Below, piece by piece: positions 50,777 through 60,122 of a stretch of 64,000 nt of DNA (positions are counted from its first letter, which is position 1; each line of letters opens with the position of its first letter). The stretch lies in contig CP070722.1 of NCBI GenBank assembly GCA_020350785.1, positions 1,133,939 through 1,197,938 of the forward strand. The letters are read 5' to 3'. Position numbers and translations under genes: made by a program. The notes under the pieces are model-generated. The model made no database searches. It saw nothing but the letters and a program-made list of their open reading frames with translations, and was not told the DNA's origin. Source of the DNA: Gemmatimonadota bacterium. Its GTDB lineage: Bacteria; Gemmatimonadota; Gemmatimonadetes; Palauibacterales; KS3-K002.

Positions 50777-52465
50777 CTATCCCGCCCTGGAGGCTCCGGC
50801 TGAGGGCGCCAGAAGAGCACGGGCGTGCTCGAGCGATGCCTTACGCTCCGGATCGCCACCCAGCATTCGGGCGAGGTCACGCACCCGATCCTCCCCCTCC
50901 AGCTCGCTGACGATCGTCGTCGACTTCCGTTTCTTCGACTCCTTGGTCACCAAGAGGTGATGGTCGGCCAACGCCGCGATCTGCGCCAGGTGCGTGATGA
51001 CGAAGACCTGATGGTAGGCGGCCACCAGCTTGAGTCTTTCCGCCACCTTCTGGCCCACGATTCCCCCGATCCCGGCGTCGATCTCATCGAAGATCAGCGT
51101 CGCGGTCCGATCCAGCCGCGCCAGAATCGTCTTCAGCGCGAGCATGACACGACTGAGTTCGCCACCCGAAGCGACCTTCGACAACGGAAGCGGGTCGAAT
51201 CCCTTGTTCAGCGTCACCCGAAACTCTATGTCCTCGGCGCCCGTCGCCTTGATGCTCGCGCGCTCCAGCAAGGCCACTTCGAAGCGCCCATCGGGCATCC
51301 CCAGCTCCGGAAGGATCCCGGTCACCTCGCCTGACAGCCCTTTCGCCGCCTTTGAACGGGCCCGGCTCAGCTGCCTGGCAAGCTCTTCCAGCTCGGCCAC
51401 CAGCTCACTCTCGCGCCGCGACAGCTCCTCGAGGCGCTGTTCGGCCAGGTCCAGCTCGCTCAACTCCGTCGCGGCCCGCTCGAAGGACTCCATGACCGCC
51501 GCCAGGGTCGGCCCGTATTTTGACTTCAGTCGATAGAGGGCGTCGATACGCTGGCGCGTGCGCTCGAGCGTGCCCGGATTGAGATCGATCGACTCCCGAT
51601 AGGCGCTCAGTCTCGAACCCAACTCCTGCAACGAGAAGTAGACCCCGTCGAACAGCTCTCCGAACTGGCTCTCCACCACGGGGTCTACACGGCCCAGCGC
51701 GTCCAGCTCGCGGCGCAATCGACCCAACCGTTCGTACAGCGAGCCGTCCGCCCCGTAGATCTCATCGTACAGCCGGTGCGACCGCTCCAACAGCTCCTCC
51801 GCGTGCGCCAGCCGACGCTCCTCATCCGCCAGGCGTAGGTCTTCCTCGGGGTCGCTCAACCTCGCGCCCTCGATCTCCGATACCTGGTGACCGAGGAATT
51901 CGGCGCGCTCTTCCGTCCGCGCCCGCCGCGCTTCGACCGCTTCTCGCTCCTCTCGCAGCTCGTTCAGCCGCGCCCAACAGTCACGCAGCTGACGGGCCAG
52001 CTCCCCGGCCCCACTGTACTCATCGAGAATCTCGCGTTGGGGACCCGCGTGCAGCAGAGCCTGGTGCTCGTGCTGGCCGTGAATGTCGACCAGCGCGCGG
52101 CCCAGCTCACCGGTCAACGCCGCCGTCGCCGGTGAGGCGTTTACCCAGGCGCGGCTCCTTCCGCTGGCGTTCACCTCGCGCTTCAGCACCAGCCAGCCGT
52201 CCTCGACATCGACGCCCGCTTCTTCGCAGCGCCGGCGCAGCTCGTCGCGCCCACTTACGTCGAACACGGCCTCGATCAATGCCCGCTCCTCACCGGCGCG
52301 GATGACGTCGGAAGTCGCGCGTTCGCCCAGCACCAGGGACAGCGCGCCCACGATGATCGACTTGCCGGCTCCCGTCTCGCCGGTCAGCACAACCAGGCCC
52401 GGCTCGAATCGCAAATCGAGATCCTCGATAACGGCGTAATTCTTGACGCGCAGCTCGCTCAGCAC
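50777..52465 (-). CDS. recN: DNA repair protein RecN
   Basis: 562 aa. N-terminus MLSELRVKNYAVIEDLDLRFEPGLVVLTGETGAGKSIIVGAL (SMC-like Walker A), coiled-coil middle, C-terminal signature/Walker B. Confidence 0.9.
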   Translation of the reverse strand: MLSELRVKNYAVIEDLDLRFEPGLVVLTGETGAGKSIIVGALSLVLGERATSDVIRAGEERALIEAVFDVSGRDELRRRCEEAGVDVEDGWLVLKREVNASGRSRAWVNASPATAALTGELGRALVDIHGQHEHQALLHAGPQREILDEYSGAGELARQLRDCWARLNELREEREAVEARRARTEERAEFLGHQVSEIEGARLSDPEEDLRLADEERRLAHAEELLERSHRLYDEIYGADGSLYERLGRLRRELDALGRVDPVVESQFGELFDGVYFSLQELGSRLSAYRESIDLNPGTLERTRQRIDALYRLKSKYGPTLAAVMESFERAATELSELDLAEQRLEELSRRESELVAELEELARQLSRARSKAAKGLSGEVTGILPELGMPDGRFEVALLERASIKATGAEDIEFRVTLNKGFDPLPLSKVASGGELSRVMLALKTILARLDRTATLIFDEIDAGIGGIVGQKVAERLKLVAAYHQVFVITHLAQIAALADHHLLVTKESKKRKSTTIVSELEGEDRVRDLARMLGGDPERKASLEHARALLAPSAGASRAG

Positions 52466-52498
52466 GGCTCTAATCGGCCAAGGGTCGACGGCGATCTC

Positions 52499-53380
52499 TT
52501 ACGAGTCAGGGGGCACCCGCTCCGACACATCCCCCCACTTGAGCTTGCGGCGAAGCAAGGAGAAGAACGACTGTCCCGGAAGCCTCACCAGCGAGACCGG
52601 CCGTTCGGCTCTGCAGACGACCACGCGGTCCCCCTGAGTGAGACGCGACCCAACCTGTCCATCGATGGTGAGAATGAGATCCTCTGGTGAGGAGACGACC
52701 TCAATGGTTATCTGAGCGCTCGCTCGCAGAACCAGCGGTCGAACTGCCATCGTGTGCGGCGAGATCGGTGTGATGACCATGGCATCGACCCGCGGATCCA
52801 GAATCGGCCCCCCGGATGACAGCGAGTAGGCCGTCGATCCCGTCGGCGTCGCCACGATCACTCCGTCACCTCGGTACAAACCGACCTCCTCGTCGTCCAC
52901 CCAAACTCGCAGGGCGACAACCCGTACCAGGCCGCCGCGGTGAAGCACGCCGTCGTTGAGCGCGTAGAAGGGCTCCGATTTATCCTCGTGCTCGAGGCAG
53001 ACCTCCAGCGCCATTCGGGAGTCCAGCACGAAGTCACCGGCGGCGATCCGTGTCACGGCATCCGCCATCTCCTCCAGGGTGACTGCCGTGAGAAAACCGA
53101 GCCGCCCGAGGTTGACGCCCAGAACCGGCGTTCCGGCGGGACCCGCCCAGCGCGCCCCACCCAGCAGCGCCCCATCACCCCCCAGGGTGATCAGCAGGTC
53201 GATATCCGCCGCTCCCTCCGGCAGGACCGCCGAAGCCGCTCGAAGCTTCGGCCGAATCTCGGGATCCATGAACAGCTCCAGGCCCAGCGTGGGCGCAATC
53301 TCACCCAGCCGGTCCGCCGCCGCCGTGACATTAGGGTACCGCGGGTTGCCCAGGACTCCGATCCGTTTGACTCGCTTCAC
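52499..53380 (-). CDS. nadK: NAD(+) kinase
   Basis: 293 aa. GGDGALL and NLGRLGFL motifs. Confidence 0.9.
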   Translation of the reverse strand: MKRVKRIGVLGNPRYPNVTAAADRLGEIAPTLGLELFMDPEIRPKLRAASAVLPEGAADIDLLITLGGDGALLGGARWAGPAGTPVLGVNLGRLGFLTAVTLEEMADAVTRIAAGDFVLDSRMALEVCLEHEDKSEPFYALNDGVLHRGGLVRVVALRVWVDDEEVGLYRGDGVIVATPTGSTAYSLSSGGPILDPRVDAMVITPISPHTMAVRPLVLRASAQITIEVVSSPEDLILTIDGQVGSRLTQGDRVVVCRAERPVSLVRLPGQSFFSLLRRKLKWGDVSERVPPDS

Positions 53381-53451
53381 CTGTTCATGCTCCTCGACGA
53401 TGCTCGCCGCGGCTCAACCCGTCGTCAACAAGCCGGTGCATCAACCACCAT

Positions 53452-54351
53452 CTAACTGTCGCGCTCCACCACGTGGACCGCCAGCCCCTCCAGGGCAGGA
53501 CTGTCTATTCCGGCCGCCCGCAGAGCAGCGATCGATTTACCGCTCAGCTGGCTGGCCGCAGCTCGGGAGCGCTCCGTACCGAACAGCCCCGGATACGTGG
53601 CCTTCCCAAGCTCGCGATCGCTTCGTGGGTCGCGCCCCTGAAAGTCCGGCGTAGCCACTTCATCCAGCAGGTCGTCGGCGATCTGAAACGCCAGCCCGAT
53701 TCGCTCGCCGTACGCGGTGAGCGCCGCCAGTTTCCCTTGATCCAGACGGCCGACCCGTCCGCCCAGTCGAGCGGCACAGCGAATCAGCGCTCCGGTCTTA
53801 CGAAGGTGTATGTCTCCCAGCTGATCACCGCTCACCTCCTGTCCCTCGGCGATCAAGTCGAGCACCTGACCGCCCACCATCCCCATGGGTCCGGCCGCCT
53901 CCGACAGCTCGGCCACGAAGCTGGCCGCATCGTTGGCGCTGAAGCCCAAGGCACGCGCCTCAGCCGCCATCACCCAACTGGCCAACGGCACCATCGCCGC
54001 CGCTGCGATCGTGGCGCGCTCCACACCGAACGCACGATGACAGGTGGCGCGGCCCCGCCGCCAGTCATCGTCATCCATGCACGGCAGGTCGTCGTGGACG
54101 AGCGAGTAAGAGTGGACGATCTCGAGAGCGGTCGCCAGTCGCATCACTCGATTGTTGGGTTCGTGACCCGAAACTTCGTAGCCGGCCAGGAAGAGGATGG
54201 GACGGAAGCGCTTTCCGCCAGCCTCGCAGGCGTAGCGGATCGGAGCGGCCAGCCAGTCCCCAACGCCGTCCAGGTAGTCGTCCAGCACCTCGGCGAGCGC
54301 ACGATTCACTCGCTCGCGACTGCGCCCCAAGTACAAATCGAGCTCGCTCAC
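53452..54351 (-). CDS. ispA: Polyprenyl diphosphate synthase (farnesyl/geranylgeranyl diphosphate synthase)
   Basis: 299 aa. First and second Asp-rich motifs (LVHDDLPCMDDDDWRRG; FQIADDLLD). Confidence 0.85.
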   Translation of the reverse strand: MSELDLYLGRSRERVNRALAEVLDDYLDGVGDWLAAPIRYACEAGGKRFRPILFLAGYEVSGHEPNNRVMRLATALEIVHSYSLVHDDLPCMDDDDWRRGRATCHRAFGVERATIAAAAMVPLASWVMAAEARALGFSANDAASFVAELSEAAGPMGMVGGQVLDLIAEGQEVSGDQLGDIHLRKTGALIRCAARLGGRVGRLDQGKLAALTAYGERIGLAFQIADDLLDEVATPDFQGRDPRSDRELGKATYPGLFGTERSRAAASQLSGKSIAALRAAGIDSPALEGLAVHVVERDS

Positions 54352-54378
54352 CGATCTACCTTCCGACCCCGTCCGACC

Positions 54379-54615
54379 CTATTCACCGGCTTGGAGATCG
54401 AGGTCCACGTGTCGCTGGCGGCCCTGCCGGTCTAACAGCACCTGCTTCAGGCGGCCCTCCGACTCGGTCAATTCGCGCTCGGCGCTTCGAATCAACTCCA
54501 TACCTTCGTCGAAGAGGCCGAGCGCCTGCTCGAGCTCGAGCTCCTCACCCTCCAAACTCTCGACGATCTTCTCCAACCTGTCGAGCGCCTCACCCAGGCT
54601 AAGCTTCTTTTTCAT
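54379..54615 (-). CDS. xseB: Exodeoxyribonuclease VII small subunit
   Basis: 78 aa: MKKKLSLGEALDRLEKIVESLEGEELELEQALGLFDEGMELIRSAERELTESEGRLKQVL, classic XseB. Confidence 0.85.
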   Translation of the reverse strand: MKKKLSLGEALDRLEKIVESLEGEELELEQALGLFDEGMELIRSAERELTESEGRLKQVLLDRQGRQRHVDLDLQAGE

Positions 54616-54664
54616 TACCCTCTTCCAAAGTCATGCGCGGGACGGCGCGCCCGGCCCCACCATC

Positions 54665-55858
54665 TCACTGCTGACCCTCATCCTCGATCGCCTCGGCGCG
54701 CGCCTGCACTCGGCCATCCGCGAGCCGCAACGTAAAACCCATTCCGCGCCTGAAGACGTTGATGCTGCGGAGGATGTGACCCCGTTCATCCAAAGCCACC
54801 GCGTAGCCGCGGCGCAGGACCCCCATGGGTCCCAAGGCCTGAAGGCGCTGGCGCAGCCCGCCGACCGCGCGGCGCCGGCTCTCAATCGTCCGCCTCACCC
54901 CAGCGATCAGGCGCTCCTCCAAGCGCTCGACGCGCTGCAGCTTTCGCGAGATCCTACCGTAAAACGCCGCCGAGAGGCGTTCTCCCACGTTGTGTAGTTC
55001 CGCCAGCAAGCGACCGACTTCCGGCGCCGCGATCTCGGCTGCGGTCGAGGGCGTCGGCGCTCTAAGGTCCGCTACCAGATCAGACAGCGTCACGTCGATC
55101 TCGTGACCCACGGCCGAGATCACCGCCACAGGGCAGCTCGCGATCGCGCGGGCCACCGCCTCATCGTTGAAAGCCTGAAGATCCTCCGCCGACCCGCCGC
55201 CGCGTCCGACGATCAGCAGGTCGACACGGCGGCCGCGGGCCGCTTCGGAGAGAGCCGCCACGATCGACTCGGAGGCGCCTTCCCCTTGCACTCGAGTCGG
55301 GTAGACGATGATGTCGATCCAGGGTGCACGTCGCTTGATGATCGAGACAATGTCCCTCAGGGCAGCGCCCTCCAGCGACGTGACAACACCTATCACTGAG
55401 GGAAAAGGCGGCAGGCCGCGCTTACGCGACGCATCGAGCAAACCTTCGGCCTCCAGCTTTCGTCGGGCCCGTTCGAAGGCGGCGCGCCACAGCCCCTCAC
55501 CTCGAGCGTTGAGCTCGTGGACGACGAACTGGAAGCGGCCGGCCCGCTCATACACCGTGGGATAGCCGAACACATGAACGGCCAGACCCTCCGGCGGCTC
55601 CGCCGGAAGCGTTCGCGCCGCCTCGCGCCACATGACGCAGCCGAGTTGAGATTTCTTATCCTTCAGCGTGAAGAAACAGTGACCGGCGGGGTAGCGCTTG
55701 AAGCCCGAGACTTCACCCGCCACCCAGAGCGCGGGCAGCGAGCCCTCCAGAAGATCGCGGGCCAGTGCGTTGACCTGGCTGACGGTCCAGACCTGTGGAA
55801 CGCGAGAGCGGCCGAGAGCGCGGGCGTTGGCCGCCTCATAAAACAGGTCGTCGTTCAC
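54665..55858 (-). CDS. xseA: Exodeoxyribonuclease VII large subunit
   Basis: 397 aa. OB-fold N-terminus (VWVAGEVSGFKRYPAGHCFFTLKD) and catalytic core (IISAVGHEIDVTLSDLVADLRAPTPSTAAE). Confidence 0.9.
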   Translation of the reverse strand: MNDDLFYEAANARALGRSRVPQVWTVSQVNALARDLLEGSLPALWVAGEVSGFKRYPAGHCFFTLKDKKSQLGCVMWREAARTLPAEPPEGLAVHVFGYPTVYERAGRFQFVVHELNARGEGLWRAAFERARRKLEAEGLLDASRKRGLPPFPSVIGVVTSLEGAALRDIVSIIKRRAPWIDIIVYPTRVQGEGASESIVAALSEAARGRRVDLLIVGRGGGSAEDLQAFNDEAVARAIASCPVAVISAVGHEIDVTLSDLVADLRAPTPSTAAEIAAPEVGRLLAELHNVGERLSAAFYGRISRKLQRVERLEERLIAGVRRTIESRRRAVGGLRQRLQALGPMGVLRRGYAVALDERGHILRSINVFRRGMGFTLRLADGRVQARAEAIEDEGQQ

Positions 55859-56766
55859 GCGATCCCTGCTATGCCTCGGGTTGCGACGATGCAGTTCTTC
55901 AACAGCATCGCGATCGTCAGCGGCCCCACACCTCCCGGCACCGGCGTAATCGCGCTCGCCACCTGCGATACCTCCTCGTACGCGACATCCCCGACCAGGC
56001 GATAGCCCTTCTCGGTGCCGGGATCGTCGACACGGTTCACTCCCACGTCGATGACTACAGCTCCCGGCTTCACCGCGCCGGCTTTGACGAACTCCGGAAC
56101 CCCGATCGCCGCCACCAGGATATCCCCTTCGCGCAGCACCGCCGGCAGGTCAGGGGTCCGACTGTGAGCAAGCGTCACGGTTGCGTTTCCACCCTTCATC
56201 TTCTGAGAAAGCAAGACGGACAATGGCTTGCCGACGATATTCGAGCGTCCGACGATAGTCACGCGTTTCCCGCTGGGGTCGTAGCCACTCCGCATCAACA
56301 ACTCGATCACACCGGCGGGCGTCGCCGGCCGGAACGCCAGCGGATCACCGATCATCATGCGTCCCACGTTCATCGGGTGAAAGCCGTCCACGTCTTTCGC
56401 CGGGTCGATCCGCCAGGTTATCGATCGCTCTTCGATTTGCGGCGGCAGGGGAAGCTGGACAAGCATCCCGTGTATCGCCCCATCGGCGTTCAATTCGTCC
56501 ACCACGGCCTCGAGCTCGCCCTGGCCGGTCTCGACGGGAAGACGTATCACCCGGGAATAGATGCCGGCTTCCTCGCAGGCCTTCGCTTTCATTCGCACGT
56601 AAACCGCGCTCGCTGGATTATCACCCACCAGCACCACCGCCAGTCCCGGCGTCACACCGTTCGCTCTGAGGTCCTCTACCTCCTGCTTGACCTCCTGCCG
56701 GATCTCCGCCGCCACCCGTTTACCATCGATAACATCTGCCACCTTATTGCTCCCTTTCATAACTAA
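55855..56766 (-). CDS. folD: Bifunctional methylenetetrahydrofolate dehydrogenase/cyclohydrolase
   Basis: Start placed at the Met preceding IDGK (MKGSNKVADVIDGKRVAAEI...); the track ORF start is 14 codons further upstream. Motifs VVLVGDNPASAVYVRMKAKACEEAGI and GKPLSVLL. Confidence 0.9.
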   Translation of the reverse strand, partial: LVMKGSNKVADVIDGKRVAAEIRQEVKQEVEDLRANGVTPGLAVVLVGDNPASAVYVRMKAKACEEAGIYSRVIRLPVETGQGELEAVVDELNADGAIHGMLVQLPLPPQIEERSITWRIDPAKDVDGFHPMNVGRMMIGDPLAFRPATPAGVIELLMRSGYDPSGKRVTIVGRSNIVGKPLSVLLSQKMKGGNATVTLAHSRTPDLPAVLREGDILVAAIGVPEFVKAGAVKPGAVVIDVGVNRVDDPGTEKGYRLVGDVAYEEVSQVASAITPVPGGVGPLTIAMLLKNCIVATRGIAGIA

Positions 56767-57532
56767 GGTCGACCCTCTCAATGCTCGTCGCGTGACCCGA
56801 GGCCTCATCGATATCGATCAGGGCACCTTGAAAGCGCAATTCACCCTCCGCCAACTCCAGGCGAATCCGCCGCCCCAGCAACGAGCGCTGCACCGCCCCC
56901 TTGACCTGGAAACCGATGACCCCCGCATGTGAGCCGGTCATCCCCAAGTCCGTCACGTAAGCCGTGCCGCCGGGAAGGACCCGTGCATCGGCCGTCGGTA
57001 CATGGGTGTGGGTGCCGACCACGGCACTGACCAGGCCGTCCATGAAGTGGGCAAATGCCAGCTTCTCGGCCGTCGCCTCCGCGTGAAAATCTATCACAAT
57101 GATGTTGGTCTCGGCACGAAGATCATCGACCAGGGTCCGGCCGACGCGGAAGGGATCGTCGATGTCCGGCATGAAGGCCCGGCCTTGCAGATTGACAACG
57201 GCGATGCTCCGGTCTTCGACCTGCAAGACGTATGTGCCGCTGCCTGGATTACCCGACGGGTAATTCGCCGGCCTGAGAAGACGCGGCTCCTCTTCGAGCA
57301 GCTCAACTCCGTCGCGCCTGTCCCAGATGTGGTTGCCCGAAGTGATGACATCCACACCGCAGCCGAGAAGCTCCGTCACGAGGGAAGGAGTGACGCCGAA
57401 TCCAGCGGCCAAGTTCTCCCCGTTGGCTATCACGACATCGACCGCACGCTCCGCGCGCAGTCCAGGGAGAAGCGCCCGGGCCACCTGACGGCCCGGCCGC
57501 CCAACGAGATCGGCGACGAAGAGGATTCGCAT
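56744..57532 (-). CDS. ymdB: YmdB-like (TIGR00282) metallophosphoesterase
   Basis: 262 aa: MRILFVADLVGRPGR...VIANGENLAAGFG...GNHIWDR, calcineurin-like motifs, located directly downstream of rny as in Bacillus. Confidence 0.85.
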   Translation of the reverse strand: MRILFVADLVGRPGRQVARALLPGLRAERAVDVVIANGENLAAGFGVTPSLVTELLGCGVDVITSGNHIWDRRDGVELLEEEPRLLRPANYPSGNPGSGTYVLQVEDRSIAVVNLQGRAFMPDIDDPFRVGRTLVDDLRAETNIIVIDFHAEATAEKLAFAHFMDGLVSAVVGTHTHVPTADARVLPGGTAYVTDLGMTGSHAGVIGFQVKGAVQRSLLGRRIRLELAEGELRFQGALIDIDEASGHATSIERVDLSYEREQ

Positions 57533-57589
57533 GCCGCTGTCTATCCTGCCGGCTCAGCGGCTCGACGCGAACCGCTGGAAAGGGGACCG

Positions 57590-59164
57590 CTAGCGGGCAA
57601 AGTCTACAGCGCGTGTCTCGCGGACGACGACAACCTTGATCTGCCCCGGGTACTGCAGCTCCTGCTCGATGCGCCTAGCGGTCTTCTCGCTGAGAACGGC
57701 CATCTCGTCGTCCGAGATCGCCTCCGGCGTCACCATGATCCGGACCTCGCGGCCGGCTTGAATCGCGAAGCACTTGGCGACGCCTTCGAAAGATGTCGCG
57801 ATCTCTTCGAGCTTCTCCAGGCGCTTGACGTAGGCCTCGAACGACTCTCGGCGCGCACCGGGCCGTGCGCCCGACACGGCATCGGCCGCCGTCACTACGA
57901 ACGTTTCGGGATACTGGGCCGGCTCTTCGCCGTGGTGGGCACGAATGGCGTTGAGCACCTGGTCCGCTTCGCCACAACGCTTACAGAGCTCGTAGCCCAG
58001 TTCCACGTGCGTCCCCTCGTGCTCGTGGGTCATGCCCTTACCGATGTCGTGTAGTAGCCCCATTCGCTTCGCCAGCTTGGCGCTGAGTCCGAGCTCGGCG
58101 GCCATGTGGCCGGCCAGGTGAGCGACTTCCTTCGAGTGCTGAAGCTGGTTCTGGCCGTAAGAGGTCCGGTATTTCATCCGGCCCAGCGTCTCCATGATGT
58201 TGTGGTGCAGTCCGTGAATGCCCAGCTCGTAGCACGCCTCCTCCGCTGCCTCCCGCATGCTCTGCTCCACCTCTTTCTTCGCCTTGTCTATCACTTCTTC
58301 GATCCGGCCCGGGTGGATACGGCCGTCGGCAACCAGCTTCTCCATGGCGATGCGAGCGATCTCGCGGCGCACCGGGTCGAAAGCCGAGACGATCACCGCC
58401 TCCGGCGTGTCGTCTACTATCACATCCACCCCGCTGAGATTCTCGAATGCGCGAATGTTGCGCCCCTCGCGCCCGATGATCCGACCCTTCATCTCATCAT
58501 TGGGAAGCGGCACGACCGACACCGTCGCCTCCGCCGCATGGTCCGCCGCGATCTTCTCGATCGCCATCGCCACGATGTTGCGCGCCTCCCGCTCTGCGCC
58601 CCGGGCTGCCTCCTCCTTGATCTGACGGACCCGCTTGGCCGCCTCCGCCCGCGCCTCCTCTTCTACCTGGCGCATGAGCTCGCGCTTCGCCTTCTCCGCC
58701 GACAGCCCCGCAATCCGCTCCAGCTTCCGCTGCTCTTCCTCGATCAAGCTGTCGTAACGGGCACGATCCTCATCGATCGCCTTCTCTCTCTCCTCGAGCT
58801 CGTCGCTCAACCGCTTCAGCTGCTCCTGCTTCTCGTCCAACAGCGCGTACTTCCGGTCGAGCATGCTCTCCCGGTCATCCAGGCGCCGCTCGCTCCGCTC
58901 GACCTCAGCCCTTCGCGTCCCAACCTCCTCTTCCCAGCTCTCCTTGGCCCGCAGTATCTCCTCTTTGGCCTGCAGCTCCGCGGCGCGCCGGATGTTGTCA
59001 GAGTCGGCCCGAGCACTCTCCGTCAGCCGCCGGACCTCGGCCTCGGCCCGTTCGCGCTGTTCCTTTATCCGGCCGAGCTCGAATCGCCGCACGAGGAGGA
59101 AAGTGACGGACCACCCCAGGAAGAGGCCGACCGCCAGGGCTGGTATGGCAACGATCCAGTTCAC
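57590..59164 (-). CDS. rny: Ribonuclease Y
   Basis: 524 aa. GTG start read as M. N-terminal TM, long coiled-coil, KH domain (GRIIGREGRNIRAFENLSGVDVIVDD) and HD domain (HSKEVAHLAGHMAAELG...HDIGK). Confidence 0.9.
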   Translation of the reverse strand: MNWIVAIPALAVGLFLGWSVTFLLVRRFELGRIKEQRERAEAEVRRLTESARADSDNIRRAAELQAKEEILRAKESWEEEVGTRRAEVERSERRLDDRESMLDRKYALLDEKQEQLKRLSDELEEREKAIDEDRARYDSLIEEEQRKLERIAGLSAEKAKRELMRQVEEEARAEAAKRVRQIKEEAARGAEREARNIVAMAIEKIAADHAAEATVSVVPLPNDEMKGRIIGREGRNIRAFENLSGVDVIVDDTPEAVIVSAFDPVRREIARIAMEKLVADGRIHPGRIEEVIDKAKKEVEQSMREAAEEACYELGIHGLHHNIMETLGRMKYRTSYGQNQLQHSKEVAHLAGHMAAELGLSAKLAKRMGLLHDIGKGMTHEHEGTHVELGYELCKRCGEADQVLNAIRAHHGEEPAQYPETFVVTAADAVSGARPGARRESFEAYVKRLEKLEEIATSFEGVAKCFAIQAGREVRIMVTPEAISDDEMAVLSEKTARRIEQELQYPGQIKVVVVRETRAVDFAR

Positions 59165-59209
59165 GAATCTCTCTCCGTAAAGGTCCAGGCGCCTCAGACA
59201 CGCCCGAAC

Positions 59210-59241
59210 AGAAAAAGCGGCAAGGCCCTAGGCCCTGCCGC
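59210..59241 (-). terminator. Strong rho-independent terminator (11-bp stem GCGGCAGGGCC/GGCCUUGCCGC, UAG loop, UUUUUCU tract) 45 nt upstream of the rny start
   Basis: Read on the minus strand: gcggcagggcc-tag-ggccttgccgc-tttttct. It ends a ~280-nt noncoding transcript segment that begins at the zapA stop codon. Confidence 0.6.
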
Positions 59242-59490
59242 TGGAAATCCAACCACGCCCCTGAGGGTCGCGAAACAGTTTTGCGCGCCGGAAGCTCCCA
59301 GTACCGGCGAGATTACCGCCTTATCGCTCTATCCGTGCTCACTCCAGGAATGCCTGGCCCCAACGGTGATAGAAGCATCGGAACGCGTTCGGATCACTAT
59401 GCAAAACTGCTACTAAGCGGTTATTGACGATCTCCAGACTCAGCCACAGGGCAGCTTGAATAATAGACACGCCGCGAACCCTTCCGCAAG
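59242..59490 (-). ncRNA. Candidate small RNA (possibly 6S/SsrS-like) between zapA and rny
   Basis: About 250 nt with no plausible ORF, bounded upstream by the zapA stop and downstream by the strong intrinsic terminator. zapA-ssrS adjacency is well known in Proteobacteria. I could only hand-find one 9-bp distal pairing (CUGGAGAUC with GAUUUCCAG) and could not verify the full 6S fold. Confidence 0.3.
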
Positions 59491-59808
59491 CTAGTCGGCG
59501 CTACCTTGCTCCACTGCCGCAAGCACTTCGCCAGTCAGACGCTCCGCCCTCTTCTCGGCCAGCCCTTTGACTACATCTACCCCGTCGCGCATGCGAAACA
59601 GCTGGTCCGTCACCGCCAGCGCCGCTAGAATGGCGACCTTCGTCTGATCCATCATCCCGCTCTCATCACGGATCTCCCGGGCCGTGCGGTCCACGTACTC
59701 GGCTACCCTCCGCGTGTATTCCGCCCCCGTCTCCGACTTCAACGAGTAGGTCTCGCCCAGGATCTCGACCTCGACCAGCTCTTGGCCACCGCTTCCCTTG
59801 CCCGTCAT
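59491..59808 (-). CDS. zapA: Cell division protein ZapA
   Basis: 105 aa: ...VEVEILGETYSLKSETGAEYTRRVAEYVDRTAREIRDESGMMDQTKVAILAALAVTDQLF..., typical ZapA. Confidence 0.85.
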   Translation of the reverse strand: MTGKGSGGQELVEVEILGETYSLKSETGAEYTRRVAEYVDRTAREIRDESGMMDQTKVAILAALAVTDQLFRMRDGVDVVKGLAEKRAERLTGEVLAAVEQGSAD

Positions 59809-60122
59809 CGCGAATCCTCCAGGAATTCCACCTCTCGCGCCAGCTTCTCGGCCTGCCGCAGACCCTCCTCCAGCTGGGCGCGCAGTCTCTCGTTCTCGGC
59901 CCGCAGCCGCTCCAGCTCCGCCGCCATCTCCCCCGGATCGAGATCCGCGGACCCCCGCTTGATCTGGTCCAGCAGATCCTGAAGCCTGCGACGTTCGGCC
60001 TCCGATCCTTGTGCCCGCTCGCGCCAGACCTCGAGCTGGCGCAGGGCCCGGCGAACGGCCGCCTCGAGAGCCTCGAACTTCGGAAACTCGATGCCAGGCT
60101 TACGCCCCTCGGACTCTGACAT
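59805..60122 (-). CDS. Coiled-coil protein (ZapB-like / DUF904-like) co-transcribed with zapA
   Basis: 105 aa, almost entirely heptad-like charged helix (LERLRAENERLRAQLEEGLRQAEKLAREVEFLE). 4-nt overlap with zapA. Confidence 0.5.
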   Translation of the reverse strand: MSESEGRKPGIEFPKFEALEAAVRRALRQLEVWRERAQGSEAERRRLQDLLDQIKRGSADLDPGEMAAELERLRAENERLRAQLEEGLRQAEKLAREVEFLEDSR

